Assembly (NCBI RefSeq): GCF_006345805.1
Contig: NC_042999.1
Span: forward strand, 123,752,001-123,816,000
DNA length: 64,000 bases
Direction: 5' to 3'
Source: Octopus sinensis
Lineage: Eukaryota
A program made the translations under genes and the position numbers. The notes beneath the pieces were generated by a model. The model had not been told where the DNA came from and did no database searches. It saw only the letters and a list, made by a program, of their open reading frames with translations. Every line of letters starts with the position of its first letter. Positions within the stretch are counted from its first letter, which is position 1. This document shows, one piece after another, positions 1 through 9,280 of the stretch.

Positions 1-1625
1 TTTGATAGGGTCGACCATCGTTACCTGGTATCTGCCCTGGCACAGTTCGGGCTGAGCCTTGGCTTCCTCAGGTGGATTATCCAAATGTATGATAACATCG
101 ACTCGGTAGTTCGGGTGAACGGCTTCTTGTCGAAGCCGTTCAAAATCAAACGCTCGGTTCGTCAAGGGTGTCCGCTCTCCTCGCTTTTGTACGTGATGGC
201 TCTCGAGCCATTACTGCGAAAACTGAGCGGCATCCCGAGACAGCCAGGTAATGGAAAATCAGTATCAGCGTACGCGGATGACATCACCATCATCGTAACC
301 GAAATGGACCACCTATGTAAAGTAGGCAAGGCCATAGAGGTTTACGAGACGGTGACAGGAGCAAAAGTTAATCGCGAAAAGTCAGTCGGCTTGCAACTCG
401 GCACCTGGAGAGGCAAGTCGATGCCTCCTGACAGCGTCGTGGGACGTTGGACGGAGGGTCCGATTAAACTGCTAGGGGTCTGGTTCGGTCCAGACCTCCA
501 AATAGAGAAGAATTGGGGCGAGGTAACGAGCAAGGTGGCTGCAGTAGCCAAGACCTGGTCTTGGCGGTGGCTATCCCTGAAAGGGAGGGCGGAGGTGGCC
601 AATGTGTTTATCGCATCGGTTATCACCTACCGCCTTTCCGTCGTTCCTTGCCCTGATTCGTGGTTGATCAAGTTGGAAAGACAGCTCTTCTACTTCTTGT
701 GGAAGGGCGGGAACCACTTGTGAAACGCTCTATTTGCTGTCAACAACCGTTAAAGGTGGGCTAGGGATGCCTTGGCTGATGATGCGCAGACATGCGCTGA
801 GGTTAAGACATCTGTGGCTCTACCTGGACGGTGAACGGGTGGGTCTTCGCTAGCAAAACTGATGTTTCCCAAGTTCACTAGTTTCGGTGGATGGGAAACC
901 TGGCTGAATCGTAGATCGAAAGTTGGTACTTGGTACACGGAGTGTCGCAAGGCTCTCCTGCTATTCCGTCGCTCGGGCAACGCCTGCGGTGGGGGTTCCA
1001 CCACATTCTTCTATAAAGGGTTGGTAGAGGCGGAATGTGAAGATACCTTGGGGGAAACCCTAGGTCTCGACGATAATCAGCTGGCCAGTCTGTTCCGACG
1101 TACGTTCGAGCCGAGGACATTGGACAACTTCCAGAAGTCTCTGGCATGGCAATGCTACAGAGGAGCTCTACCTGCCATGTTCGGGATAAACTCGCAAGGC
1201 ACGGTGGCCAAGACAGTCCGATATGTCCAAGATGCGGGCGGGATAGGGAAACTGTCCCGCACGCGATTGTTCATTGTCCGGACGTGTCTGAGGTGTGGGT
1301 TTATGCCGAACACCTGTTGTCAGGTACACGAAGAGTACAGCTGTCGACTGAGTCGATTACAAAAATTGACCCACCGGATTTCCTCGTGAATGAAGGTAAG
1401 TTTCGTTTTCTCGTTGTAGTAGCAATTGCGAAAGAGGTGATATGGAAGACGAGAATGAAAGGTTTACAGTCAGGCAAGTTCATCTCCGGCCCTGGTTTGA
1501 TGAATTATTTCATCTTTCACCTGAAAAGGAAGATAGGGCTGGAAAGAATATGCCTGACTAGGAGAGTGTATGAAGAACGATGGAAGGATGTAGCACGAAA
1601 GTTGCGAGTGAAAGATACAACATAA
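1..1625 (+). pseudogene. ORF2 C-terminal half of copy 1, frameshifted
   Basis: ORF pieces 85-723, 862-1389 and 1146-1625 match consecutive parts of the 1131-aa ORF2. Small indels near 715, 745 and 843, plus a 5-bp insertion near 1175. Confidence 0.9.
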
Positions 1626-1866
1626 ATGTAATACCAAGCGCAACCAAAAGTATCAGTGGGGAGGCGGGGCTCGTGGGGTCCGAGCTAAACCCGCACCACT
1701 CCACCCGTAACGTCTTCCGGTCTGTCCCATCATTCGATTCTGTCCATTTATTGTAATTCATGAAAAATTTTTAAATTCGATTTATTGTAAAACCCATTCG
1801 TGTGTCTGACCCCTCATCAGATTGTATTGTCCCATCTTTGTTCGCCCCTTGTGGGTAATAATAAAA
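1..1866 (+). mobile_element. Tx1/L1-clade non-LTR retrotransposon family A, copy 1 (3' part; runs off window start)
   Basis: Near-identical to 5270-7137. RT motifs (FDRVDH, RQGCPLS, YADD), C-terminal CPRC..H..HC finger, 3'UTR ending GTGGGTAATAATAAAA. Confidence 0.93.
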
Positions 1867-1877
1867 CATGGAGGAAA
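1867..1877 (+). repeat. Degenerate junction motif CATGGAGGAAA (also CATAGAGGAAAGC at 7138-7150)
   Basis: Same position relative to the tails as the perfect motif, with ACC missing. The 7138 copy extends into GC, the next bases of the flank. Confidence 0.7.
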
Positions 1878-2094
1878 TCTAATTTTTGCGTTATTAGTAA
1901 GTTGATATATATTTTTGCTCTCGTACTATTATCTCTGTTATTATATACTGTTGGTCTACCTGTTTTTGTCTATTGTTGTCTAACGGACGAAGTCAGCCTT
2001 CGCGCGAAGACTTCGCGTTGGTGTTCCCCCCTCAGTGGGGGAAAACTACAATTAATTGGATTTACCAAAGGCTTGTTAAAGCCATTTGTTCAAG

Positions 2095-3489
2095 ATGGAG
2101 TCCCCCATCTCTTATTCGCCCGTGACGAGCGAGGATGAATACCCGGCGTTGTCGCCAGGAAAAAAAGAGGCGTTGTCGCCAGAAAAAAAAGAGGCGCTGT
2201 CGCCAAGAAAAAAAGAGGCTTTGTCGCCGGAGAAAAAAGAGGCGGCGTCGCCCAAAAAAATGGAAAAACCAGTACCAGCATCAACTCCAGCAAAAAAATT
2301 TGCTGAAGTGGCTGGGAAAAAGATCAAAAAAATAAATATAGAAAATTTTAAAAATTTGCAGACTGTGTAAAAAAAGAAGGCACAGAAGTGACTGTGGCCA
2401 CAAACATACAAATACATGACGATATAGAAAAAAAAAGAATAATATATAAAACTTACGACACAACGAAAAAATGATCCAAAAAATCGAAGAAAAAAAAAAG
2501 AGTTTTGTCTAAAACCTTTTATGGATAAAATAACGTATATAAACAGAGAAAAAGATTCGGCACAGTGGAGGTGCGTTTCACTACGGAGGAGATAGCGAAG
2601 AAACTATCGATGGAGCCAATCAAAGCGGAAAACATTGTCTTACTACCATTGTACAAAGGAAAAAGGACGTCGAAAATTTCAATGAACAACATACCGCCAG
2701 AGGCAGATGCTGAATGTCTGGTGGCAGCAGTGATGGTGGGTCTGGAGGAAAAAATAAACATCCTCCAGGCCACAGTGGAGGAAGAGGAGTTTTGGAAAGG
2801 GCAAAAATAGTGATAGCCATTCAGGCGGAGGTGCAAACACTGGAAGAAATTCCAGAAACGGTAAAGATTAGTGAAGACGAGAAAATAACAGTGTTCGTGG
2901 AGGGCAGGAAACCGAGGTGCTTCGGCTGCGGCAAGAAGGGGCATGTAAGGGCGGAATGCCAACCCCAACCCAAACCGCATGAAGCACTAAGCCAAAAGAA
3001 AAAGAAGATAATGTGTCACCAGAAGCAGCGTCGGACGGCCCAGAAGGGAAGACTGAAGGTGTGCAGGTGACGGTGACAGCAGAACAGCGGCGGAGAAAAA
3101 AAAGCGAGGAAAAGATAAATGAGGAGGGGTGGGCAAAAATTACCGGAAGGAAAAAAAGAAAAACGGAAACCACCCCTCCCAGAGTAATTTTAAAAAAGAA
3201 AAAAGAGTCAATGAACTCATATATGGCCGTAAAGGCAGCAAATAGCAGACTCGGAAACGTGTTGGCAGCCATGGCCAAAGTGGAGAAAGTAGTGGAAAAA
3301 AACGACTTTGTAATTTACAGAATAGACCGGAAGGATTACGGGCGGATAAAATCAGAATTCTTCCATGACGTAGGCCCACTTAGGTTGGATGTGACATCTC
3401 CACATATATTCGAGGGCCTACGTCAGACTCCCCCACGAGGCCCAGAAAAAGAGTTAGAAGAACAAGAGAAAACCGAACCACTGATATAA
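2095..3489 (+). pseudogene. ORF1 (gag-like nucleic-acid-binding protein, one CCHC knuckle) of copy 2, broken by several 1-nt indels
   Basis: Pieces MESPISYSP..., MEVRFTTEE..., CFGCGKKGHVRAEC and ...EKTEPLI are collinear with copy 3 ORF1. Breaks lie mostly in A or purine runs. Confidence 0.88.
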
Positions 3490-3497
3490 GGTAAGTA

Positions 3498-6400
3498 ATG
3501 GATTACATTTATGTTGGTTGTTTGAATGTGCGCGGCCTGGGAGCAGGCTGGAAGCAAGGTCGCTTCCTGCATGATATCAGGTCGCGTAATTTAGATGTTA
3601 TTGTTGCTACAGAAACCCGGTTAGAGGGGCCAAGAGGTCTACTCCCGCTGTTTGACGGCTACGAGAGTTTTTTCTCTCCTGGCAGTCCTACAGGCGGGAG
3701 TGGGGTGTTGGTCCTATTAAAAAGAAACCGGGTTTCTGAGAAAAAGTTAATTTTTGCAGATCCAGAAGGTAGGCTGGTCGTCATGGATTTGACGTTCAGT
3801 AATGGTAAAGTTATCAGACTGGTTGCAATTTACGCACCCAACCATACAGGGCAAAGTGATTATTTTCGTGAACTAGAAAACTTTCTTGGTACTTCGCATT
3901 CATTAGTGGTGCTAGGAGACTTTAACACAATTTGCAAAGCGGATGTAGATTGTGTTGGCTCGCGTCCAGATAGAAAAGGCAACAGTGGCTTCATGGAACT
4001 GCTAACCCGCTTTGAGCTAGCAGATCCTTATAGGCTGGAATTTCCGAACGCTCCATTGTGGACAAGGTCAAACAGCGACGGATCTTCCAGGTCATATTTA
4101 GATAGAATTCTAATTAGAAAAGTAGACAGTAAAATAGCTAAGTGTCCACAGTTTTACCCGATCAGCTACAGTGATCATAAAATGGTCACCTGTAAGCTTG
4201 ACATAGATAAGGTTAAAAATAGAGGATCCGGTTACTGGAAACTTAATACGTCCCTTTTGGCGATTAAGGAGTACAAAGACCGGATTAGGAATATAATTCA
4301 GAGGGCACTATCTGGTACCATCATTAATAACAAATGGTGGTACGCCCTCAAACGAGCCATCAAGTTTGAGTCTATTAGATATAGCATAGGAGTAGTGGCT
4401 AGAGAGGCTAGAAGGGAAACTACTCTAGTTAAGGAATTAGAGGAAGCCATGAAAACTGGCTCTGCGGCTCAGGTGGCGTCCAAGAGACTGGTGTTAAACC
4501 AGCACCTCGAGGCCAAACACATGGGCTGCATTGTCAGGGCTAGAATCCGCCATATGGGATGTGAAGGAATCAACGCCGTGAGATGGGCCCGAGTGGTGGA
4601 AGCTCGGCATGGTAACGATGCCACGATTCGATCTTTGACGAACCAACAAGGTGAGTTGATAAACGAACCCGAGGAGATGTGTGAGGCCTTTCAGGAGCAC
4701 TTCGCTCAGCTTTTCGGTGAGTGCGGCGGACTGGATAGGAGAAGGGCCTTTACGGACCTACTCGACGGGATGCCGCGCTTATCGGGGCGAGATGCGGAGG
4801 GCTGTGAAGGGCCAATCACGCCTGAGGAGGTGGTTGAGGCAATGGCGGACTGCGGCGCGGGCAAGGCGCCGGGTTTGGATGGTCTACCCTATGAGTTATA
4901 TAAGAGTATGCCAGACTTGTTCGGGCACCTACTGGTGGAGGTCTACGCGAACTGGCAGCAGAACGGGCTTATACCCAGATCTGTGCGCCGGGGAGTAGTG
5001 ACTCTCGTCAGAAAGGACCCGAGCAAGGGGGAGTGCATTGATAATTTCAGGCCCATCACTCTACTAAACACAGAGTTGAAGATTTTGGCCAAAGTGTTAT
5101 CGAAAAGATTGGCGCGTGTCGCGGATGGTCTGATCGGAGAGGCACAGACATGTGCCGTTCCGGGCAGATCCATTCAGGATAATCTCCATCTAATGCGGTA
5201 CACTATAGAGGGGTTTAATAGTGATTCTGGCAAGGGTGGGGCACTGGTCCAATTAGACCAATCTAAAGCTTTTGATAGGGTCGACCATCGTTACCTGGTA
5301 TCTGCCCTGGCACAGTTCGGGCTGGGCCTTGGCTTCCTCAGGTGGATTATCCAAATGTATGATAACATCGACTCGGTAGTTCGGGTGAACGGCTTCTTGT
5401 CGAAGCCGTTCAAAATCAAACGCTCGGTTCGTCAAGGGTGCCCGCTCTCCCCGCTTTTGTACGTGATGGCTCTCGAGCCATTACTGCGAAAACTGAGCGG
5501 CATCCCGAGACAGCCAGGTAATGGAAAATCAGTATCAGCGTACGCGGATGACATCACCATCATCGTAACCGAAATGGACCACCTATGTAAAGTAGGCAAG
5601 GCCATAGAGGTTTACGAGACGGTGACAGGAGCAAAAGTTAATCGCGAAAAGTCAGTCGGCTTGCAACTCGGCACCTGGAGAGGCAAGTCGATGCCTCCTG
5701 ACAGCGTCGTGGGACGTTGGACGGAGGGTCCGATTAAACTGCTAGGGGTCTGGTTCGGTCCAGACCTCCAAATAGAGAAGAATTGGGGCGAGGTAACGAG
5801 CAAGGTGGCTGCAGTAGCCAAGACCTGGTCTTGGCGGTGGCTATCCCTGAAAGGGAGGGCGGAGGTGGCCAATGTGTTTATCGCATCGGTTATCACCTAC
5901 CGCCTTTCCGTCGTTCCTTGCCCTGATTCGTGGTTGATCAAGTTGGAAAGACAGCTCTTCTACTTCTTGTGGGAGGGCGGGAAACCACTTGTGAAACGCT
6001 CTACTTGCTGTCAACAACCGTTAAAGGGTGGGCTAGGGATGCCTTGGCTGATGATGCGCAGACATGCGCTGAGGTTAAGACATCTGTGGCTCTACCTGGA
6101 TGGTGAACGGGTGTGGTCTTCGCTAGCAAAACTGATGTTTCCCAAGTTCACTAGTTTCGGTGGATGGGAAACCTGGCTGAATCGTAGATCGAAAGTTGGT
6201 ACTTGGTACACGGAGTGTCGCAAGGCTCTCCTGCTATTCCGTCGCTCGGGCAACGCCTGCGGTGGGGGTTCCACCACATTCTTCTATAGAGGGTTGGTAG
6301 AGGCGGAATGTGAAGATACCTTGGGGGAAACCCTAGGTCTCGACGATAATCAGCTGGCCAGTCTGTTCCGACGTACGTTCGAGCCGAGGACACTGGACAA

Positions 6401-6893
6401 CTTCCAGAAGTCTCTGGCATGGCAATGCTACAGAGGAGCTCTACCTGTTCGGGATAAACTCGCAAGGCACGGTGGCCAAGACAGTCCGATATGTCCAAGA
6501 TGCGGGCGGGATAGGGAAACTGTCCCGCACGCGATTGTTCATTGTCCGGACGTGTCTGAGGTGTGGGTTTATGCCGAACACCTGTTGTCAGGTACACGAA
6601 GAGTACAGCTGTCGACTGAGTCGATTACAAAAATTGACCCACCGGATTTCCTCGTGAATGAAGGTAAGTTTCGTTTTCTCGTTGTAGTAGCAATTGCGAA
6701 AGAGGTGATATGGAAGACGAGAATGAAAGGTTTACAGTCAGGCAAGTTCATCTCCGGCCCTGGTTTGATGAATTATTTCATCTTTCACCTGAAAAGGAAG
6801 ATAGGGCTGGAAAGAATATGCCTGACTAGGAGAGTGTATGAAGAACGATGGAAGGATGTAGCACGAAAGTTGCGAGTGAAAGATACAACATAA
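3498..6893 (+). CDS. ORF2 polyprotein: AP-like endonuclease + reverse transcriptase + C-terminal CCHC finger (1131 aa)
   Basis: APE motifs LNVRG, ATETR, IYAPN, LGDFN, YLDRI, SDH. RT motifs KAPGLDG, FRPITLLN, KAFDRVDH, RQGCPLSP, YADD, LGV. CPRCGRDRETVPHAIVHC near the C-terminus. Architecture typical of the L1/Tx1 clade. Has WTR where copy 3 has the usual WTW. Confidence 0.96.
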   Translation: MDYIYVGCLNVRGLGAGWKQGRFLHDIRSRNLDVIVATETRLEGPRGLLPLFDGYESFFSPGSPTGGSGVLVLLKRNRVSEKKLIFADPEGRLVVMDLTFSNGKVIRLVAIYAPNHTGQSDYFRELENFLGTSHSLVVLGDFNTICKADVDCVGSRPDRKGNSGFMELLTRFELADPYRLEFPNAPLWTRSNSDGSSRSYLDRILIRKVDSKIAKCPQFYPISYSDHKMVTCKLDIDKVKNRGSGYWKLNTSLLAIKEYKDRIRNIIQRALSGTIINNKWWYALKRAIKFESIRYSIGVVAREARRETTLVKELEEAMKTGSAAQVASKRLVLNQHLEAKHMGCIVRARIRHMGCEGINAVRWARVVEARHGNDATIRSLTNQQGELINEPEEMCEAFQEHFAQLFGECGGLDRRRAFTDLLDGMPRLSGRDAEGCEGPITPEEVVEAMADCGAGKAPGLDGLPYELYKSMPDLFGHLLVEVYANWQQNGLIPRSVRRGVVTLVRKDPSKGECIDNFRPITLLNTELKILAKVLSKRLARVADGLIGEAQTCAVPGRSIQDNLHLMRYTIEGFNSDSGKGGALVQLDQSKAFDRVDHRYLVSALAQFGLGLGFLRWIIQMYDNIDSVVRVNGFLSKPFKIKRSVRQGCPLSPLLYVMALEPLLRKLSGIPRQPGNGKSVSAYADDITIIVTEMDHLCKVGKAIEVYETVTGAKVNREKSVGLQLGTWRGKSMPPDSVVGRWTEGPIKLLGVWFGPDLQIEKNWGEVTSKVAAVAKTWSWRWLSLKGRAEVANVFIASVITYRLSVVPCPDSWLIKLERQLFYFLWEGGKPLVKRSTCCQQPLKGGLGMPWLMMRRHALRLRHLWLYLDGERVWSSLAKLMFPKFTSFGGWETWLNRRSKVGTWYTECRKALLLFRRSGNACGGGSTTFFYRGLVEAECEDTLGETLGLDDNQLASLFRRTFEPRTLDNFQKSLAWQCYRGALPVRDKLARHGGQDSPICPRCGRDRETVPHAIVHCPDVSEVWVYAEHLLSGTRRVQLSTESITKIDPPDFLVNEGKFRFLVVVAIAKEVIWKTRMKGLQSGKFISGPGLMNYFIFHLKRKIGLERICLTRRVYEERWKDVARKLRVKDTT

Positions 6894-7148
6894 ATGTAAT
6901 ACCAAGCTTAACCAAAAGTATCAGTGGGGAGGCGGGGCTCGTGGGGTCCGAGCTAAACCCGCACCCACTCCACCCGTAACGTCTTCCGGTCTGTCCCATC
7001 ATTCGATTTCTGTCCATTTATTGTAATTCATGAAAAATTTTTAAATTCGATTTATTGTAAAAACCCATTCGTGTGTCTGACCCCTCATCAGGTTGTATTG
7101 TCCCATCTATGTTCGCCCCTTGTGGGTAAGAATAAAACATAGAGGAAA

Positions 7149-9062
7149 GCTATCCACGTGTGTTGTGAGTTATTTTGTATGTGAAAATTGGAAAAAAACC
7201 TGTTAAAAATTGTCAAAAAATTGAATCGCGCGAGGCGTTTGCCGCTACGTGTTTGAACCTTTTATAGAAGGTGTGTCGACCCTCAAGTCATGGAGACTTA
7301 CGCGGGGGTCGCCACAACAAAAAGTGACGAGTCTCTTAGAATAAAAGAAGTGTTCTTTAGAAAAGAACAATTGAAGGAATACGAGAAGTTCGTCAAAAGG
7401 GAGGGTGATAGCGTGAAGCTGGTCCCGCCTGTGGAAACAATAGAAGAGAAAAATAACAAGACGATAACGTATAGAACGCAAGATAGAAACACGAGAAAAC
7501 TGGTGAGAGTGACGATTGAAGAAATAGAGAAATGTCTGGGGGACATCATGAAAAAAGCGACTTTTGTAGACAGAGGAAAGAAATATGGTACGGTGGAGGT
7601 GAGATGCGCAACAAAGGAAGTGGCGGACTCATTGGCTTCCACTGTCCTGAAAGCGGAAAATTTCACCATGTGGCCGACGTATAAAGGAAGACGAGGGGTA
7701 CGGGTAAGAGTCCCAAAGGTGCCCCCAGATATTAAAACAGAAATGCTGGTAACAGCCATTATTGGGGCAGCAAAAGAGGAAGTAGAAATAGGGTCAATTA
7801 AGGAGACGAACGTTGTAAATTGGAAGGGATTCGGAGTAGAGTTGTGGCTGATGGCCACAATGGAAGACATTGAAAGATTTCCCTTCCAAATAGAAATAGA
7901 AAACGAGAAAACAATTAGTGTAATAGTGGAAGGCAGAAAACCGAATTGCTACCTGTGCGGATCAAGAGGGCACATAAAAAAGGAATGTCCGCTGTATGAA
8001 TTCACAGCGGAGCAAAAAGAGACACAAAGTGGAGAGAAGGAAAACGAACACGAAGGAAAGAACAGCGAAAACAAGGAAAAGGAAATAACGGAGAAACAAC
8101 AAGAGAAGGGAAGTAACAGCGCACTGAAGGAAAATGAAAACAAAGGGAAGATAGTAGAAAAGGAGCAAAATTCACAGGGTGCAGAAGTAGTGGAGAAAGA
8201 GCCAAGGCAGAAGCAAGAGAAAGAAAAGGAAAGTACATTAAAGGAAAGAGAAAAAGCAGGAAAAGAACAAGAGAAGGAACAGAACCAAGAGAAAGGAAAA
8301 GATGGTATGCAAAAAGGAAAAGGAACAACAGGAAAGGAACTTAAGGCACAGGGTAGAGAGACGGCAGACAAAGAGCCAAAAAGACAAGAGAAGGAAAAAG
8401 AAAGAAGAGAAAGCAAAAAGAGAGAAAGAGAGAAACCGAGGGAGGAGAAAAAAGAGGAAGTAAGTCCTAAGAGAAAAACTAGAGAAAACGTAGGTACGAA
8501 TAGAAAATTCAAATACTATGGAACGTTGATCCATCACAAGCACTGTGAGGAGATGGAAGATTTAATAAACGTAACAAACGGATATACGTGGGTCAGGATG
8601 GGCACCGAATGGAAAGAAACAGGTGCACTCGTCCACGAGAACGACGCCAAGGCGTTCATCGAGGCAGCTGGCAAGAACGTGTCAAAACATATGAAATGCC
8701 GACTTACAAGGTGGCCTCGAACGATGGAAGTTTACTCAGATTTGGTAGACATAATGGAGTATATGTAAAAGAAAAGGTATTGTGAAAACTTTAATTTGGA
8801 AATGATAAAAAGAACTTTAAATTCTGAAAAAAAAAAAAAAAATGTTGAACTTTGTAAAACTTTTGAAATGTATGTTGAAAATGTATAAGATGTTTTATTT
8901 GGAAAATATTGTTGACGAATAAAAAACAAATGACGAAATGTAACCGCTCGATTTCGGGGATCGAGTGGGCATTACACCACATTGTACAAACTTCATAATT
9001 CATTATTCATTTTCCCGATTGTATTGTCCCATCTATGTAGCCCCTAGTGGGCAATAATAAAA
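7149..9062 (+). mobile_element. ORF1-only non-autonomous non-LTR element B (half-LINE-like) with family-A-like 3' tail
   Basis: Single ORF, ~295-nt 3'UTR with no ORF2 remnant. Ends GATTGTATTGTCCCATCTATGTAGCCCCTAGTGGGCAATAATAAAA, nearly the same as A. Bounded by array junction motifs. Confidence 0.88.
7290..8768 (+). CDS. Intact ORF1-like protein (492 aa) with CCHC knuckle and K/E-rich linker
   Basis: Motifs align with A ORF1: RGKKYGTVEV vs RGKRYGTVEV, PTYKGRR vs PLYKGKR, VEGRKPNCYLCGSRGHIKKEC vs VEGRKPRCFGCGKKGHVRAEC. Confidence 0.92.
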   Translation: METYAGVATTKSDESLRIKEVFFRKEQLKEYEKFVKREGDSVKLVPPVETIEEKNNKTITYRTQDRNTRKLVRVTIEEIEKCLGDIMKKATFVDRGKKYGTVEVRCATKEVADSLASTVLKAENFTMWPTYKGRRGVRVRVPKVPPDIKTEMLVTAIIGAAKEEVEIGSIKETNVVNWKGFGVELWLMATMEDIERFPFQIEIENEKTISVIVEGRKPNCYLCGSRGHIKKECPLYEFTAEQKETQSGEKENEHEGKNSENKEKEITEKQQEKGSNSALKENENKGKIVEKEQNSQGAEVVEKEPRQKQEKEKESTLKEREKAGKEQEKEQNQEKGKDGMQKGKGTTGKELKAQGRETADKEPKRQEKEKERRESKKREREKPREEKKEEVSPKRKTRENVGTNRKFKYYGTLIHHKHCEEMEDLINVTNGYTWVRMGTEWKETGALVHENDAKAFIEAAGKNVSKHMKCRLTRWPRTMEVYSDLVDIMEYM

Positions 9063-9076
9063 CAACCTGGAGGAAA
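9063..9076 (+). repeat. Junction motif / target-site duplication CAACCTGGAGGAAA (identical copy at 14318-14331)
   Basis: Exact 14-nt direct repeat on both sides of copy 3, each after AATAATAAAA. Confidence 0.85.
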
Positions 9077-9280
9077 TCAATTTTTTGCGTTTATTAGTAA
9101 GTTGATATATTTTTGCTCTCGTACTATTATCTCTGTTATTATATAATGTTTTGTCTATTGTCGTCTAACTGACGAAGTCAGCCTTCACGCGAAGACTTCG
9201 CGTTGGTGTTCCCCCCTCCGTGGGGGAAAACTACAATTAATTTGGATTTACCAAAGGCTTGTTAAAGCCATTTGTTCAAG

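Larger units (their letters stand above)
1878..7137 (+). mobile_element. Tx1/L1-clade LINE family A, copy 2 (full length)
   Basis: 5'UTR, ORF1, 8-nt spacer, intact ORF2, 3'UTR with A-rich end. Same 5' start as copy 3. Confidence 0.95.

Noticed and set aside
342-626. Antisense ORFs repeated in each LINE copy (also 5612-5896, 12792-13076) and the long antisense ORFs over element B
   Set aside because: Shadow frames of GC-balanced or K/E-rich coding sequence. Recurrence reflects copy identity, not independent conservation.
2146-2259. CRISPR-like repeat array
   Set aside because: Contiguous 24-bp coding repeats without spacers, in a eukaryotic retroelement with no cas genes.
9063-9090. Junction as a U2/U1/5S/tRNA/rRNA target (the usual Tx1 targets); Sm-site-like AATTTTTTG at ~9079
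   Set aside because: No match to those RNAs as I recall them. The flank instead translates as ORF1, and the T-run belongs to A's 5' end.
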